Shown here piece by piece: positions 34,553-46,191 of a stretch of 64,000 nt of DNA. Source of the stretch: Nitrospirales bacterium (GTDB taxonomy: Bacteria; Nitrospirota; Nitrospiria; Nitrospirales; UBA8639); NCBI GenBank assembly GCA_965203295.1, contig CBDBCZ010000019.1, positions 1,408,001 to 1,472,000 of the forward strand, in the 5' to 3' direction. The translations under genes and the position numbers were made by a program. The notes beneath the pieces are model-generated. The model made no database searches, was not told the DNA's origin, and saw only the letters and a list, made by a program, of their open reading frames with translations. The stretch's first letter is position 1; each line of letters opens with the position of its first letter.

Positions 34553-35521
34553 ATGGTTAAAGTTTTAGTCTCTGGTGCAGGGGGATTCATCGGCCACCAT
34601 TTGGTTAATGCGCTCAAAGAAAAAGGATATTGAGTCAGAGGGGCTGATATAAAGGAACCGGAGTATGGAAAATCAAAAGCAGATGAATTTGAAGTCTTGG
34701 ATCTGAGAAGGTGGCCGAACTGTCTTCAGACGAGCCGCGGAATTGATGAAATCTATCACCTCGCCGCTAATATGGGTGGGATTGGTTTCATTGAAGCGAA
34801 TAAAGCAGAAATCATGCATGATAGCTCGCTCATCAATATACATATGCTTGAAGCCGCCAGGCTTAACGGGGTCAAAAAGTTTCTCTTTACCTCCTCAGCT
34901 TGCGTCTATCCTGGATATAAGCAAAACATTCCGGATTCGATAGCGCTCAAGGAAGAAGATGCCTATCCTGCCGAAGCTGAGGATGGCTACGGTTGGGAAA
35001 AGCTTTTTACCGAACGTCAATGCCGGCATTACCGTGAGGATTATGGTCTCAAGACCTACATAGTCCGTTTCCACAATATCTTCGGCCCCTTGGGAACGTA
35101 TGATGGGGGACGCGAAAAATCTCCTGCTGCGATTTGTCGCAAGATTGCCCTTGCTCGACAAGAAGATACGATAGAGGTATGGGGCGATGGTCAGCAAACT
35201 CGCTCTTACTGTTACGTGAGTGATTGTGTCGATGGTATTTATCGACTCATGCAGTCCGATTTCCATGACCCTATTAACCTAGGGCAAGATCGGATGATTA
35301 CCGTAAACGATTTAGTCGATATGGTGGCGAATATCGCAGGTAAGAAAATCGGCAAGCAACATGATTTGACGAAACCCCAGGGCGTGAGGAGGAGAAATGC
35401 TGATCTCACGTTGATGAAAAAGACATTGGGATGGGAACCGACCGTCAGTCTAGAAGAGGGACTCGCGAAGACGTATGAGTGGATTCAAAAACAGCTAAAA
35501 CAACAAGGAAGAGTCCAATAG
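34553..35521 (+). pseudogene. NAD-dependent epimerase, GDP-mannose 3,5-epimerase-like, with in-frame TGA at 34631-34633
   Basis: MVKVLVSGAGGFIGHH..KGY*VRGAD; YGWEK; RFHNIFGP.GTYDGGREKSPAAICRK. Confidence 0.9.
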
Positions 35522-35522
35522 C

Positions 35523-37262
35523 GTGAAAGTCTTACGACTGGCCCTCGCTCAGATTAATCCAACGGTTGGTGATCTGGCAGGGAACGCCAAAAAGATACAA
35601 GACAACATTCAAAAAGCAAGGGATCGTGGGGCTGATGTGGTGGTCTTTCCAGAAATGGCCCTTTGCGGTTATCCACCAGAAGACCTTTTGCTGAAACCCG
35701 CCTTTATTCGTGCCTGTCATGAAACTTTGGAAAGGATCGTTCCGGTTTCTAATGGATTGGTGGCAATCATAGGATTTCCAGAAGGGGGCACCGATCTCTA
35801 CAATGCTGCAGCGATTCTCTGCGATGGGAAAATGGTTGGTACCTATCGTAAACAGTACCTTCTCAATTATGGGGTGTTTGATGAGGATCGCTATTTTTCA
35901 CCATCCGACGCCAACGCTGTGCTCGTGGTCGATGGAGTAAGAATAGGCATTAGCATCTGTGAGGATATTTGGTATCCCGGTGGTCCGTATGAAGACCAGG
36001 GGATCGTCGGGGATGCGGAATTGCTCATCAATATTTCGGCCTCACCGTACCATAGGCAAAAAGAGATCATTCGAGAGAGGATGTTGGCTGTTCGAGCCAG
36101 CGATAGTCTTGCCACATTGATTTTTTGTAATCTTGTCGGTGGCCAGGATGAGCTAGTTTTTGATGGGGGAAGTGTTGTCTTAGATTCGAATGGCAAACTG
36201 CTTGCCAGGGGCAAGCAGTTTGCCGAGGATCTGGTTGTCGTGGATATCTTGGTTGATGGGGTCGTGCGTCAGCGTTTGCGCGATACGCGCCGACGCAAGG
36301 AGAGGCAGCGGCGAATTCAGAGGGCAGTCTCGATTGAGGAAATAGTCGTCCCCCTTCAAGTCCGTCTCAAGCCAGACAATTTTCAAGAGAAGCATCTGGT
36401 CGAACCATTGGATGAATTAGGAGAAATCTATGAAGCCCTCGTGACCGGCACTCGAGATTATATCCAAAAGAATGGGTTTGAAAAGGTCGTGATCGGTCTT
36501 TCAGGTGGCATCGATTCATCTCTTGTGGCCTGTATCGCGGCTGATGCCATTGGGCCAAACAATGTGGTTGGGGTCTCTATGCCTTCACGTTATTCATCTG
36601 ATCACAGTAAAAGCGATGCTGGTGACTTGGTTAATTCGCTAGGGATGCAATGTCTGACAATCCCGATTGAACCGGCGTTCACGGCGTTTAGTGAGATGCT
36701 GTCATCAGTCTTTTCTGGTCGTTCACCAGATCTCACTGAGGAAAATTTGCAGTGCCGTATTCGAGGAATTATTTTAATGGCCCTCTCTAACAAATTTGGA
36801 TGGCTGGTCTTAACGACCGGAAATAAAAGCGAGATGAGCACAGGGTACGCAACTCTGTACGGGGACATGGCAGGCGGGTTCTCAGTTATTAAAGACGTGT
36901 CAAAGACCGTAGTTTACGAGTTGAGCCGGTACCGTAATGCGCGCAAAGCGGTAATCCCTGAAAATGTTTTTGTCAAACCTCCTTCGGCTGAACTGCGGTT
37001 TGATCAAAAGGATAGTGACTCTCTTCCGGAGTATTCTGAATTGGATCCGATCTTGACGGCCTATGTGGAAGAGGACCGTAGCGTCGCTGAAATTACCGCG
37101 ACAGGATTCGAGCGAGGAAAAGTTGCCAATGTCGCAAAACTCATGGATAAGGCCGAATACAAACGACGTCAAGCGCCACCAGGTGTTAATATTACCGCAC
37201 GTGCGTTTGGCAAGGATCGTCGATTGCCCATCACAAATCAATTTTTGGAGGAAGGGTCATGA
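35523..37262 (+). CDS. nadE: Glutamine-dependent NAD+ synthetase
   Basis: Nitrilase domain FPEM..GYPPEDLL, ICEDIW; synthetase SGGIDS, TTGNKSE, PPSAEL. Confidence 0.94.
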   Translation: MKVLRLALAQINPTVGDLAGNAKKIQDNIQKARDRGADVVVFPEMALCGYPPEDLLLKPAFIRACHETLERIVPVSNGLVAIIGFPEGGTDLYNAAAILCDGKMVGTYRKQYLLNYGVFDEDRYFSPSDANAVLVVDGVRIGISICEDIWYPGGPYEDQGIVGDAELLINISASPYHRQKEIIRERMLAVRASDSLATLIFCNLVGGQDELVFDGGSVVLDSNGKLLARGKQFAEDLVVVDILVDGVVRQRLRDTRRRKERQRRIQRAVSIEEIVVPLQVRLKPDNFQEKHLVEPLDELGEIYEALVTGTRDYIQKNGFEKVVIGLSGGIDSSLVACIAADAIGPNNVVGVSMPSRYSSDHSKSDAGDLVNSLGMQCLTIPIEPAFTAFSEMLSSVFSGRSPDLTEENLQCRIRGIILMALSNKFGWLVLTTGNKSEMSTGYATLYGDMAGGFSVIKDVSKTVVYELSRYRNARKAVIPENVFVKPPSAELRFDQKDSDSLPEYSELDPILTAYVEEDRSVAEITATGFERGKVANVAKLMDKAEYKRRQAPPGVNITARAFGKDRRLPITNQFLEEGS

Positions 37263-38624
37263 TCGACCATGTATCAGTCATCGGGTTAGGCAAATTGGGT
37301 GCATGTATGGCTGCCATTATGGCCAGTAAAGGGAAATAGGTGATGGGTGTCGATGTCAATCAGAACAATGTTGACATGATAAATCAGGGGCAGTCGCCTG
37401 TTGTTGAGCCAGGACTGGCTGAGCTCATCGCCTCCAATACACATAGGCTTCGCGCCACAACAGATTTTCGAACCGCAGTTCTGAAAACGGACGCCAGTTT
37501 TCTTATTGTTCCGAAACCATCGGATAAGCAGAGCAGCTTTTCCTTGAAATATTTGACTCAAGCTATTCAAGAGATTGGACGAATTTTGTCTGAGAAGTCT
37601 GATTATCATTTAGTGGTCGTGACAAGTACGGTCCTTCCAGGTTCTATGCAATTTGGAATTGTTCCTGTCTTGGAGGAGGCGTCGGGCAAGAAATGCGATA
37701 CGAGCTTCGGTCTTTGTTATAACCCGGAATTTATTGCTCTCGGGAGTGTCATCCATGATCTGCTCAATCCTGATTTTCTTCTTATTGGTGAATCTGACCA
37801 GAAGGCAGGAAACGAATTAGAACTGTTCTACTCTTCCCTCTGTGACAATCAGCCCGCTGTGAAACGGATGAACTTTGTGAATGCGGAGTTGACGAAAATT
37901 TCAGTCAATACCTATGTGACGACAAAAATCACCTTTGCCAATATGCTTTCGAATATGTTTGAAGAGTTGCCAGGTGTAGATATTGATACAGTCAGTTCTG
38001 CTTTAGGCCTGGATTCACGTATAGGCAGACGGTATTTGACTGGAGCATTAGGTTACGGTGGCCCATGTTTCCCACGTGACAACAAGGCCTTAGGGTTTTT
38101 GGCGAAAATGATTGGTTCTCCGGCAACTTTGGCCGAGACGACAGACCAGATGAACCAAAGGCTTCTCGAGAGGCAACTAGAAAAGATTAGAAAGAAAATA
38201 GGCCACAGAGCCACCGTCTCGGTTCTTGGTTTAGGGTATAAACCTGATACCAACGTGATCGAGGAATCACAAGGAATCGCGCTAGTCCAAAGTCTTCTGG
38301 GGAATGGAAATACAATCATTGTTTTTGACCCTCTAGCGATGGAAAACGCCAGACAGGTCTTGAAGGAAGAGGTCACGTATGCCCGGTCACTGCGGGATTG
38401 TTTGGACCAATCAGATGCCATCATTAATTACCAATCCCTGCCATGAATTTCGGGAGTTAGAGCCCACTGATTTTCCATAACGGACGAATCCCGTGTTGCT
38501 TTTTGATTGTTGGCGTGTTCTTCAAGATAAAGTCAAAGACTGTAACTGGATCGATTACATACCACTTGGGATTGGCAAAGAGGAATCGATAGCCACATCG
38601 CGACTATCGAGGCTTTGGCAGTAA
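37259..38624 (+). pseudogene. UDP-glucose/GDP-mannose dehydrogenase family, three lesions
   Basis: VIGLGKLG then TAG 37337-37339; YNPEF, GYGGPCFPRD; frameshift ~38427; TAA 38478-38480 before LFDCWR. Confidence 0.9.
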
Positions 38625-38649
38625 TCTGGTTCTCTCTGGTGATGAAACT

Positions 38650-39765
38650 ATGACTGTTTTGGGAGGTACAGGAGAAGCGAGCGATCAGGAGGATGGTGCC
38701 CAGAGATTTAGGAGGTTAACGTGTCGTTTGATCTTTGTTGCGACCAGTCGCAACGACGATTTTGGGGGCGACATGCTGAGGCGTCTACGTATCTTTTCTG
38801 AAGGTTTGCTCCAACTTGCGAACAAACACCGTCTGTCAGGGGAATTAATTATCGTCGAATGGAACCCTCCAAGTGGGAAACGTCTTTCTGATGTTCTTCA
38901 ACTTCACACAAAATCCGATCTCTTCCCTATTCGCTTTATTGAAGTTCCACCGGCTGCTCACAATGCGTTACGAAATTCAGATGTGCTCCCGCTCTTCCAG
39001 ATGATTGCAAAAAATCTTGGAATTCGACGAGCGAAGGGTGAGTTTGTCTGTGCCACCAATCAGGACATCCTCTTCTCCGATGAATTGTTCAGTTTTTTAG
39101 CGTCAGACAAACTACAGCATAACAGAATGTATCGTATCGATCGTACTGATGTTCAGGCCGATGTGCCTGAAGTATTGTCGGTGGAAGAACAACTTCGTTG
39201 GTGTTCGAGAAATTTGTTAAGGGTTCATACGAGATGGGGAACTAGGAAGATGAGGCTCGCCAGATTTAAAAATTTGAGAAATCTTGGTTTAATTCTCCCT
39301 AGAGTCCTTCGTGGTATTGCGCACATTTTGGACCAAGAACCCAAAGTCCACACCAATGCATGTGGTGATTTTACCTTGTTTGCGCGTGAACATTGGCTTG
39401 CCCTACGTGGAAATCCAGAACTCGCTCTCTATTCTCTTCATATCGATTCGTTGTTGTGTTATATGGCGGTTGCTTCTGGTCTGAAAGAGTATATTCTGCG
39501 CCCTCCTGCTCGGATTTTTCATCTGGAGCATGGGAGTTCCTGGGCGGTCATGTCGCCTGAGGAGAAACTTTGATGGTTTGCGAGGAAACCTTGGATTGAC
39601 TACCACTTGCTCCTGGAGGCATGGACGGATATGAACCGAAATTCCAGACCCCTTGTCTTAAACGATGAGAACTTGGGCTTGGGCATGGAAAAACTTAGGG
39701 AAGTTGTCCTCCTTTCTGGAGAATGTCGAGCTGTGGAGACCAATGAGACAGTAGTTTGTTCGTGA
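38650..39765 (+). pseudogene. GT-A-fold glycosyltransferase-like protein with in-frame TGA at 39571-39573
   Basis: SRNDD.GG, IIVEWNPP, AKN.GIRRAKGEF..ATN.DI, HTNACGDFTL; frame stays open ~63 codons past the TGA up to the next gene. Confidence 0.7.
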
Positions 39766-39780
39766 CACGGAGGCGTTTTT

Positions 39781-40716
39781 GTGGCTCTTGATACTCTGCC
39801 ACTCACTTTATTCTCGACTTGTAAGCCCTTTCTCGAAGAGTCTGCGAGGATCCAGAGAAATGCGCTTCAAAGTTGGTCGAAGTTACCATCTGTTCACGAA
39901 ATCATCATTTTTGGAAATGAGTCTGGGGTAAGAGAATGTTGTCAGGAATTCGGTCTGCGGCATGTCGAAGACATCAAACGAAACGACTATGGCGTGCCCA
40001 TGCTGGATGCGCTCTTCACCTCAGCGGAAAATATTGTAGGCACGGATCTTCTTGGATACGTGAACGCCGACATTATGTTGACAAAGGATCTGGCTTCGGC
40101 GGTAGCGATCGTCCGGAGTCGATTCCCACGGTTCCTACTCATTGCTCGACGCTGGAACATAGAAGTGGAGCAGCTCTGGGACTTCTCTCAGTCAGATTGG
40201 GAAGAGAAGTTGCGGGCACTCGTGCGAACTTCAGGAAGCTTAGAGCCTGTCTATGGAGGGATAGACCTCTTCATCTATACACGCAGCCTTTGGGATTGGC
40301 TGCCTCCGTTTGCCATTGGGAGAGGACGATGGGACAGCGCTCTCATCTATCTTGCGAGAAAAGGGGATATCCCCGTTATTGATGTCACTCCTGTTGTGAC
40401 GACAATCCATCAGAATCATGATTATTCGCACGTGGCCCAACGTACGGGAGAGGACTTAAGGAGCCTGAAGGTGTTGAACCTCTTGGGAGGCGAGGAGTTT
40501 ATCTTTGCCGCACTCAATTCAACCCATGTGCTGCGTGAATCAGGGATACGCCGCCAGATTGACTTTTACCCTTCTCATGTGCTTAGACGACTTGCAACTC
40601 TCCCGGCACTCTATAGGCCATTCCGGCCGTTAGTGCCAGTCATTCGGTATCTGGTGCCTTGGTGGCGGAAATATACCAGTTTTCACAAACATCGAGCTGA
40701 GGCTCGTCGGCTATAA
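39781..40716 (+). CDS. Putative glycosyltransferase-like protein
   Basis: IQRNALQSW, YVNADI (DxD-like), PPFAIGRGRWD, IHQNHDY; operon context. Confidence 0.7.
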   Translation: MALDTLPLTLFSTCKPFLEESARIQRNALQSWSKLPSVHEIIIFGNESGVRECCQEFGLRHVEDIKRNDYGVPMLDALFTSAENIVGTDLLGYVNADIMLTKDLASAVAIVRSRFPRFLLIARRWNIEVEQLWDFSQSDWEEKLRALVRTSGSLEPVYGGIDLFIYTRSLWDWLPPFAIGRGRWDSALIYLARKGDIPVIDVTPVVTTIHQNHDYSHVAQRTGEDLRSLKVLNLLGGEEFIFAALNSTHVLRESGIRRQIDFYPSHVLRRLATLPALYRPFRPLVPVIRYLVPWWRKYTSFHKHRAEARRL

Positions 40717-40984
40717 AGGAACTCCAGGGGACCTTCGTCTTTGCATGTCCTCTTTGTCTAAGGAAGAGAGAAAGAGTTACCGTCAAGTTTTTTGCAAACG
40801 TGGAGCATTGCCGAATCCGAGTAGCGTGTCATAGCTTCCTGAAAAAGAATGGTTCAGCCTAAATCCGGCAGTTACGAGGCGTTTTTTGATGAAAAACCTT
40901 GATTAACGAAGGGAAATGGCTGATTGGGGCGTTATCCTTTGGGTGACCCGTTTGGGAGCATACCCCAGAGACATCTTTCCTTCT

Positions 40985-41052
40985 GTCATTCCGTGGAAAC
41001 GGGAATCAGGTAGAGGTAGAGAGCTCTGGATTCCCATTTTCGTGGGAATGAC
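40985..41052. repeat. CGTC-type REP-like paired palindrome
   Basis: GTCATTCCGTGGAAACGGGAATC...GATTCCCATTTTCGTGGGAATGAC. Confidence 0.8.
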
Positions 41053-41299
41053 CAAAGGAGGGGGTATGCTCGAATCTCCGTTGTTTTGGTTTTCGCCTTA
41101 TCATCAACTACTGTTTTTAGGTTCAGTGCATTGATGCCCCTGGTGAAGGAGTAGACCATACGGATTTCTACTTTGAATGGAAGGAAGATGTTAGAGACGT
41201 GAGAGATGGTCATTTCCTTCGAGAAATTTTTGTAGCTGCACGCATACGTCTCCAAAGCCGATCTCTGGCGGCTCTCCGTGAGCCCCGCAAGCCGTAATC

Positions 41300-42073
41300 A
41301 TGTCTGCGACTTTGGAGCACTTCTCTTATTCCCTAGATCTCATCAAGGTCCTGATCGCTAAGGAATTGAAGGTTCGGTATCGTGGGACGGTTCTGGGGTT
41401 TCTCTGTTCTTTAGCAAACCCACTCGCCTTCTCCTTAGTGCTGTATGTCGCTTTCAAACAGGTCTTTCGGATCGATATTGAGAACTATCCTCTCTTTATT
41501 CTTTCGGCTCTATTTCCCTACCAGTGGTTTTCTAATTCGACCAATGCGGCCTCCACATTGTTTTTTGTCAATGCCCATTTGATCAAGAAGCTTAGGTTTC
41601 CCCGGTATGCGCTGTGTGTAGCGGTGGTGAGTGGCGATATGCTTCACTTCCTGGTGACGATCCCCATTTTGGTCTCTTTAGCATTTATCCTTCAAGGGGA
41701 GATCCCGGGCTTTGTCCAGTTAATTGGCATTCCGATCCTTTTGGTTACTCAGGCTTCGCTGACTCTTGGTGTCGTGATAGCCATCGCAACACTTAATGCC
41801 TTCTTCCGAGATCTTGAGCAATTTGTCCGAGTATTATTGCTGTTGTTGCTCTATGTGACCACGATTTTATTTCCTATTGATTTGGTTCCAGAGAACTTGA
41901 CTTGGATGTTGATCGTCAATCCGCTTGCTCCACTTTTTATCGCGTGGCGTGCCTTGTTCGTCGAGAATGTGCTCAACCCCTTAGTGTTGGCGGTTGCGAA
42001 CGCATTCCTTGTGTTGCTGATTGCCTTGCCTGTTTATCGTAAGCTTGGCTGGAGGTTGCCTGAATTAGTATGA
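41300..42073 (+). CDS. wzm: Polysaccharide ABC exporter permease
   Basis: ELKVRYRGTVLGFL.SLANPL, FFRDLEQ, NPLA; ABC-2 topology; some conserved residues altered. Confidence 0.9.
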   Translation: MSATLEHFSYSLDLIKVLIAKELKVRYRGTVLGFLCSLANPLAFSLVLYVAFKQVFRIDIENYPLFILSALFPYQWFSNSTNAASTLFFVNAHLIKKLRFPRYALCVAVVSGDMLHFLVTIPILVSLAFILQGEIPGFVQLIGIPILLVTQASLTLGVVIAIATLNAFFRDLEQFVRVLLLLLLYVTTILFPIDLVPENLTWMLIVNPLAPLFIAWRALFVENVLNPLVLAVANAFLVLLIALPVYRKLGWRLPELV

Positions 42074-42870
42074 ACGCGGTCGTCAAGTTACATGCTGTCA
42101 CGAAGCACTTCCAACGATTAGCGCACTACCGTTCTGGGTTGAAGTCCCTGCTTGTGCAGCCAGCATCCATATGGGGTTCGAGTCGGCATGAAAGTTTTCT
42201 TAGCCTTGACAACGTGACATTGGAGGTTCGGAAAGGGGAAGTTTTGGGGGTGGTAGGCCGTAATGGTGAGGGTAAATCCACGCTTCTGAGTTTAATCGGC
42301 GGTATTCTCAAGCCGACGTCCGGGCATATTTCGGTCAGGGGTCGCATCTGCCTGTTGCTGGAGTTTGGGGCTGGGTTTGCCCTTGATCTCACCGGTCGTG
42401 AAAACATCATTCTCAATGGGGTTTTATTCGGACTTCGCCGATACAAAATAGAAGAACAGATGGAGGACATCATTGAATTCTCTGGATTGAGTGAATTCAT
42501 TGAGCAGCCCTTAAAAACGTTTTCAACAGGTATGCAGATGCGATTGGGGTTTGCGATTGCCGTTCATGCTCAACCTGATATTCTCCTGGTGGATGAGGCT
42601 CTTGCTGTAGGAGATGCAGAGTTCCAAGAAAAATGTCTTGAGCGAATCGAAAAGCTTAGGAATCAGGGTGTGACCATTATCTTCTTTTCACACGATTTGG
42701 AGATGCTGGAAGCCATGTGCGATAGGGCAACATGGATAGATCATGGGCGTTTGATCGTACTGGGTGAAGCAAAGGAAGTGATTCAACGATATCGGAGTGA
42801 GGTTGGTCATGGTCGGCCAGCGGTTCTGGAACATTCCAGCTTACTGCAGCAATCTGAGGCAGGCACCTAA
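42070..42870 (+). CDS. wzt: Polysaccharide ABC exporter ATPase
   Basis: GRNG.GKST, LTGRENI, FSTGMQMRLGFA, LVDEALAVGD; ATGA overlap with wzm. Confidence 0.9.
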   Translation: MNAVVKLHAVTKHFQRLAHYRSGLKSLLVQPASIWGSSRHESFLSLDNVTLEVRKGEVLGVVGRNGEGKSTLLSLIGGILKPTSGHISVRGRICLLLEFGAGFALDLTGRENIILNGVLFGLRRYKIEEQMEDIIEFSGLSEFIEQPLKTFSTGMQMRLGFAIAVHAQPDILLVDEALAVGDAEFQEKCLERIEKLRNQGVTIIFFSHDLEMLEAMCDRATWIDHGRLIVLGEAKEVIQRYRSEVGHGRPAVLEHSSLLQQSEAGT

Positions 42871-42898
42871 TATCAACTTCAATAGCACTAACTGGCAA

Positions 42899-43786
42899 AT
42901 GGATCGAGAGAGTGGTGACAGATTGGTGGCAAGAAAGATGTGGCCTAGATGCATTTTTTGCGATGTGTTTGATACGAAAACAGTATTGAGTGGAGATGGA
43001 GCCAACGTTGTTATCTGCCGTCGATGTGGTCATTGTTATTCGACGTTTCAAAGCCATCCAGATTATGCCGATTATTTTGGCGATGATGTTCCAAAGAGTT
43101 CATACGAACAGCAACGCATTCATTGGGGAATAGCACGTTATCATGTGCATGATACTTTGCTGAACTTCCTTGCGGCACGAGGCAAAAGCGTTTTGGATGT
43201 CGGCTGCGGTCTGGGGTACTTCGTCAAACGAGCCTGTGAATGGGGGGCAGTGGCTCAAGGTTGTGAACTGTCTGCTGCTGCCGTGCGGTACGCCCATGAT
43301 GTACTCAAATTGACTACAGTGCACCATGGGCGAGTAGAGAGCCTTGGGTTCAAACCATCAAGCTTCGATATTATTACCCTTTGGGATATTATTGAACATC
43401 TCATTGATCCCGTCGAGATACTCATATGCGTGCGTGAGCTTCTGCGTGAAGGAGGAACACTTTTTATTCAAACACCCAATGTATGATTTCAATTGCTGAA
43501 TGGGCGCTTAAAGCAGCTTGTGGGAATCGAAAATTCAGATCTCATGGAGTCGCGTGACCATATGAATAATTTTTCCCGGCAGACTTTGACACAGTTACTG
43601 CGTGGTGCGGGATTTCGACACATTCAATATCATGTTCTTCCTCTAATAGATAGCATGGGACTTAACCGTTCTCGAAGTCTTATTGCCATGAAGCGTCTTT
43701 ACGTCATCATGAGCAAGGCGCTCTATCATGTTTCGGGTGAGAATCTAATGGCCTCAAATACATTGCATGCCTTTGCGAGGCTCTGA
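42899..43786 (+). pseudogene. Class I SAM methyltransferase with in-frame TGA at 43484-43486
   Basis: CxxC..CxxC N-terminus, VLDVGCGLG, WDIIEHL.DP, TPN then stop; 43493 ORF is in the same frame. Confidence 0.8.
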
Positions 43787-43857
43787 GTCCTGCATCTGGT
43801 CAACACCCTATCGCCAGTCAATTTTCTTCCAGACATCGTGTAGACGTAAACAACATC

Positions 43858-44973
43858 ATGTCGATGCCTCGAATTAAATACAATCCTCCGTTTACGCAAT
43901 ACGTTATGAAACAGGGCATTCTCAGGAAGCATCCATTTGGACTGATCGATGTCTGGGCAAGTGGTGGGATTGAGCAGCACTGGCAAATCTTTGGGAGCTC
44001 TCTAGTCGCCTTTGGGTTCGAACCATTAATAGCTGAGACAGAGCGTCTCAATGCCACGAAATGGAGTGAGAAGATTGTTTACGTGTGTAGCAAAGTCACC
44101 AGCCCTCACAGTTCGATTCACAAGCATGGTCAAAATGTCTACATCGATGAGGATCTCAAAAGTAATTTTCCGGAGTCTCGCTCAAGTGCTAGGCGTATCA
44201 TGTCTTACTTGAATTATGTAAAGTCAAAGTTTGATCCAAGTGGTACAGGGACAATGACAGAAGACGAAATCACGATTGATCAATTCTTTTTAGATAAGCC
44301 ACATGTGGATGTGGATTTCATCAAAATTGATACGGATGGACATGATTACTTCGCTTTATGTGGTGCGGAAGACACCCTTTCTCGATCCTCAGTTCTGGGT
44401 GTATGTATCGAGACTCAATTCCACGGTCTGGTGGACAATCATGCCAACGTGTTCAACGATATTGATCGGTTCTTAAGAGCCAGAGGTTTTTCACTTTTCG
44501 ACATTGAGGTGTACCGATTCAGTCTGGCCGCGTTACCAAAACCATTTGTCTATAATCTTCCAGCCAAGACGCATGGAGGACAAGTTCTATGAGGTGATGC
44601 GCTTTATTTGCGTGACGCAGGTGGTCCTTATGATGAGAGCATGTGGAAAACCAATTTAACTCCACACAAAATCGTCAAGTTGGGATGCCTCTTTGAAATC
44701 TATGGCCTAGAAGATTGTACGGCAGAGCTATTGTGCAGCAAACGAAAGCACATTGAACAATTAATCGACGTCGACCATTGCTTGAACTTGTTGACCCCGA
44801 GGTTGAAGGGGAGAAAAATGACATTTGAAGAATACAACACAAGGTTTGAGCATCGTGTAGAGGATTGGTTTCCAAAGGTCGGTGGTCGAATATCTCAAAT
44901 CATGAGGGAAGGGCGTACATGGGGTGTTCTCAAGCGAATGATTAAGGCATTGGAGACACGCATTCATGCATGA
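43858..44973 (+). pseudogene. FkbM-family methyltransferase with in-frame TGA at 44590-44592
   Basis: FEP, DFIKIDTDG, GQVL*GDALYLRD; 44608 ORF is in the same frame. Confidence 0.85.
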
Positions 44974-44979
44974 ATCTCT

Positions 44980-45963
44980 ATGGCTCTAAGAAGCGTCGCA
45001 AGTCTCTTGATGCGAGTTTTCCCCATTTGGTTCTGGAAAAGGATAAGACCATGGTTGGTACGTATTCGTTCGCTTGATTGGTATCCGGGATGGTCATTTG
45101 GTTCCAGTGAATCTGTCGGATCGGTTCTATACCGACTGCGACAGTTGCTTTGGTCTCAGTGTGCTGCCAAACGACAAGAGGTTTCCTTTCCAGTTCAGTG
45201 GTATGATGGGCTGCAGGTTCAAATGCGTCTTAGTAATGATTTTAGCTTATGCTTCTATGTTGCTGGCAACTATAAACCTAACGAGTTCATGCTGCTAGCT
45301 AAGATTCTGCATTCAGGCATGATCTACATCGATGTTGGAGCGAATGACGGCCTGTATACATTGTTTGCATCTAGAAGGGTAGGGTCTTCAGGGCGAGTCT
45401 TCGCACTTGAACCAAGCTCTAGAGAGTTACGCCGACTCAAAGACAATATTCAGCTCAATAGGATAGAAAACGTTCAAGTTCTTCAGGGCGCTGCATCTGA
45501 CCGAAATGGTCTCGGGTCATTGCGAGTTGCCGGATTTGGGCACGAAGGACATAACACGCTTGGTGACTTTGCATACGATACTGAAGAGCAAAAGGTAGAA
45601 ACCGTTGATCTGCTCACCCTTGATAGCTTGTCAAGTCGTGAAGCATTGGAGCGCGTTGATATGATCAAAATCGATGCTGAAGAGGCTGAACTTGCAGTAT
45701 TACTAGGGAGCCAGGAGATTCTCAAGACCTATCGTCCCGTGATCCAATTTGAGTTGCTCGAAGCGGCGTTGAGTCATCAAGACACAGGTCGTGAGGAGGT
45801 GTGTGCGTTCTTGAGGTCGTTTGGATACTCTTTCTACATCTTTGGACCTCTTGGAAGACCTTTGCCTGTCGAACGGATTGAGATAGATGGGACAAATGTG
45901 ATTGCCGTTCATTCTGAAGACAAAGACATCATATCTTTGCTAGCGCGTTGCGCAGCAACGTAG
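44980..45963 (+). CDS. FkbM-family methyltransferase
   Basis: IDVGANDG, ALEP, IKIDAE; intact frame. Confidence 0.9.
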   Translation: MALRSVASLLMRVFPIWFWKRIRPWLVRIRSLDWYPGWSFGSSESVGSVLYRLRQLLWSQCAAKRQEVSFPVQWYDGLQVQMRLSNDFSLCFYVAGNYKPNEFMLLAKILHSGMIYIDVGANDGLYTLFASRRVGSSGRVFALEPSSRELRRLKDNIQLNRIENVQVLQGAASDRNGLGSLRVAGFGHEGHNTLGDFAYDTEEQKVETVDLLTLDSLSSREALERVDMIKIDAEEAELAVLLGSQEILKTYRPVIQFELLEAALSHQDTGREEVCAFLRSFGYSFYIFGPLGRPLPVERIEIDGTNVIAVHSEDKDIISLLARCAAT

Positions 45964-46059
45964 ACGGCGAAAGTGAATAATGTGTAAAAATTTGAATTTC
46001 AGTTCATGGGCTCTGTCAGATGACGTTGGAATTCTTGCGACACGCAGGGTCCCTAAGTG

Positions 46060-46156
46060 CTCATGCCCGCAGTCGTCAGTGGGCATCCAGGGGTCTCTCT
46101 ACAAGACCTGGATTCCCGTTCCCTGCCTGCGCGAGGACAAGCTTCGCGGGAATGAC
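46060..46156. repeat. CGTC-type REP-like paired palindrome with internal insert
   Basis: TCATGCCCGC..GTGGGCATCCAG...CTGGATTCCCG-[insert]-CTTCGCGGGAATGAC. Confidence 0.75.
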
Positions 46157-46191
46157 CGAAATGAGAACGGGAATCATTACGGAATTATTTC

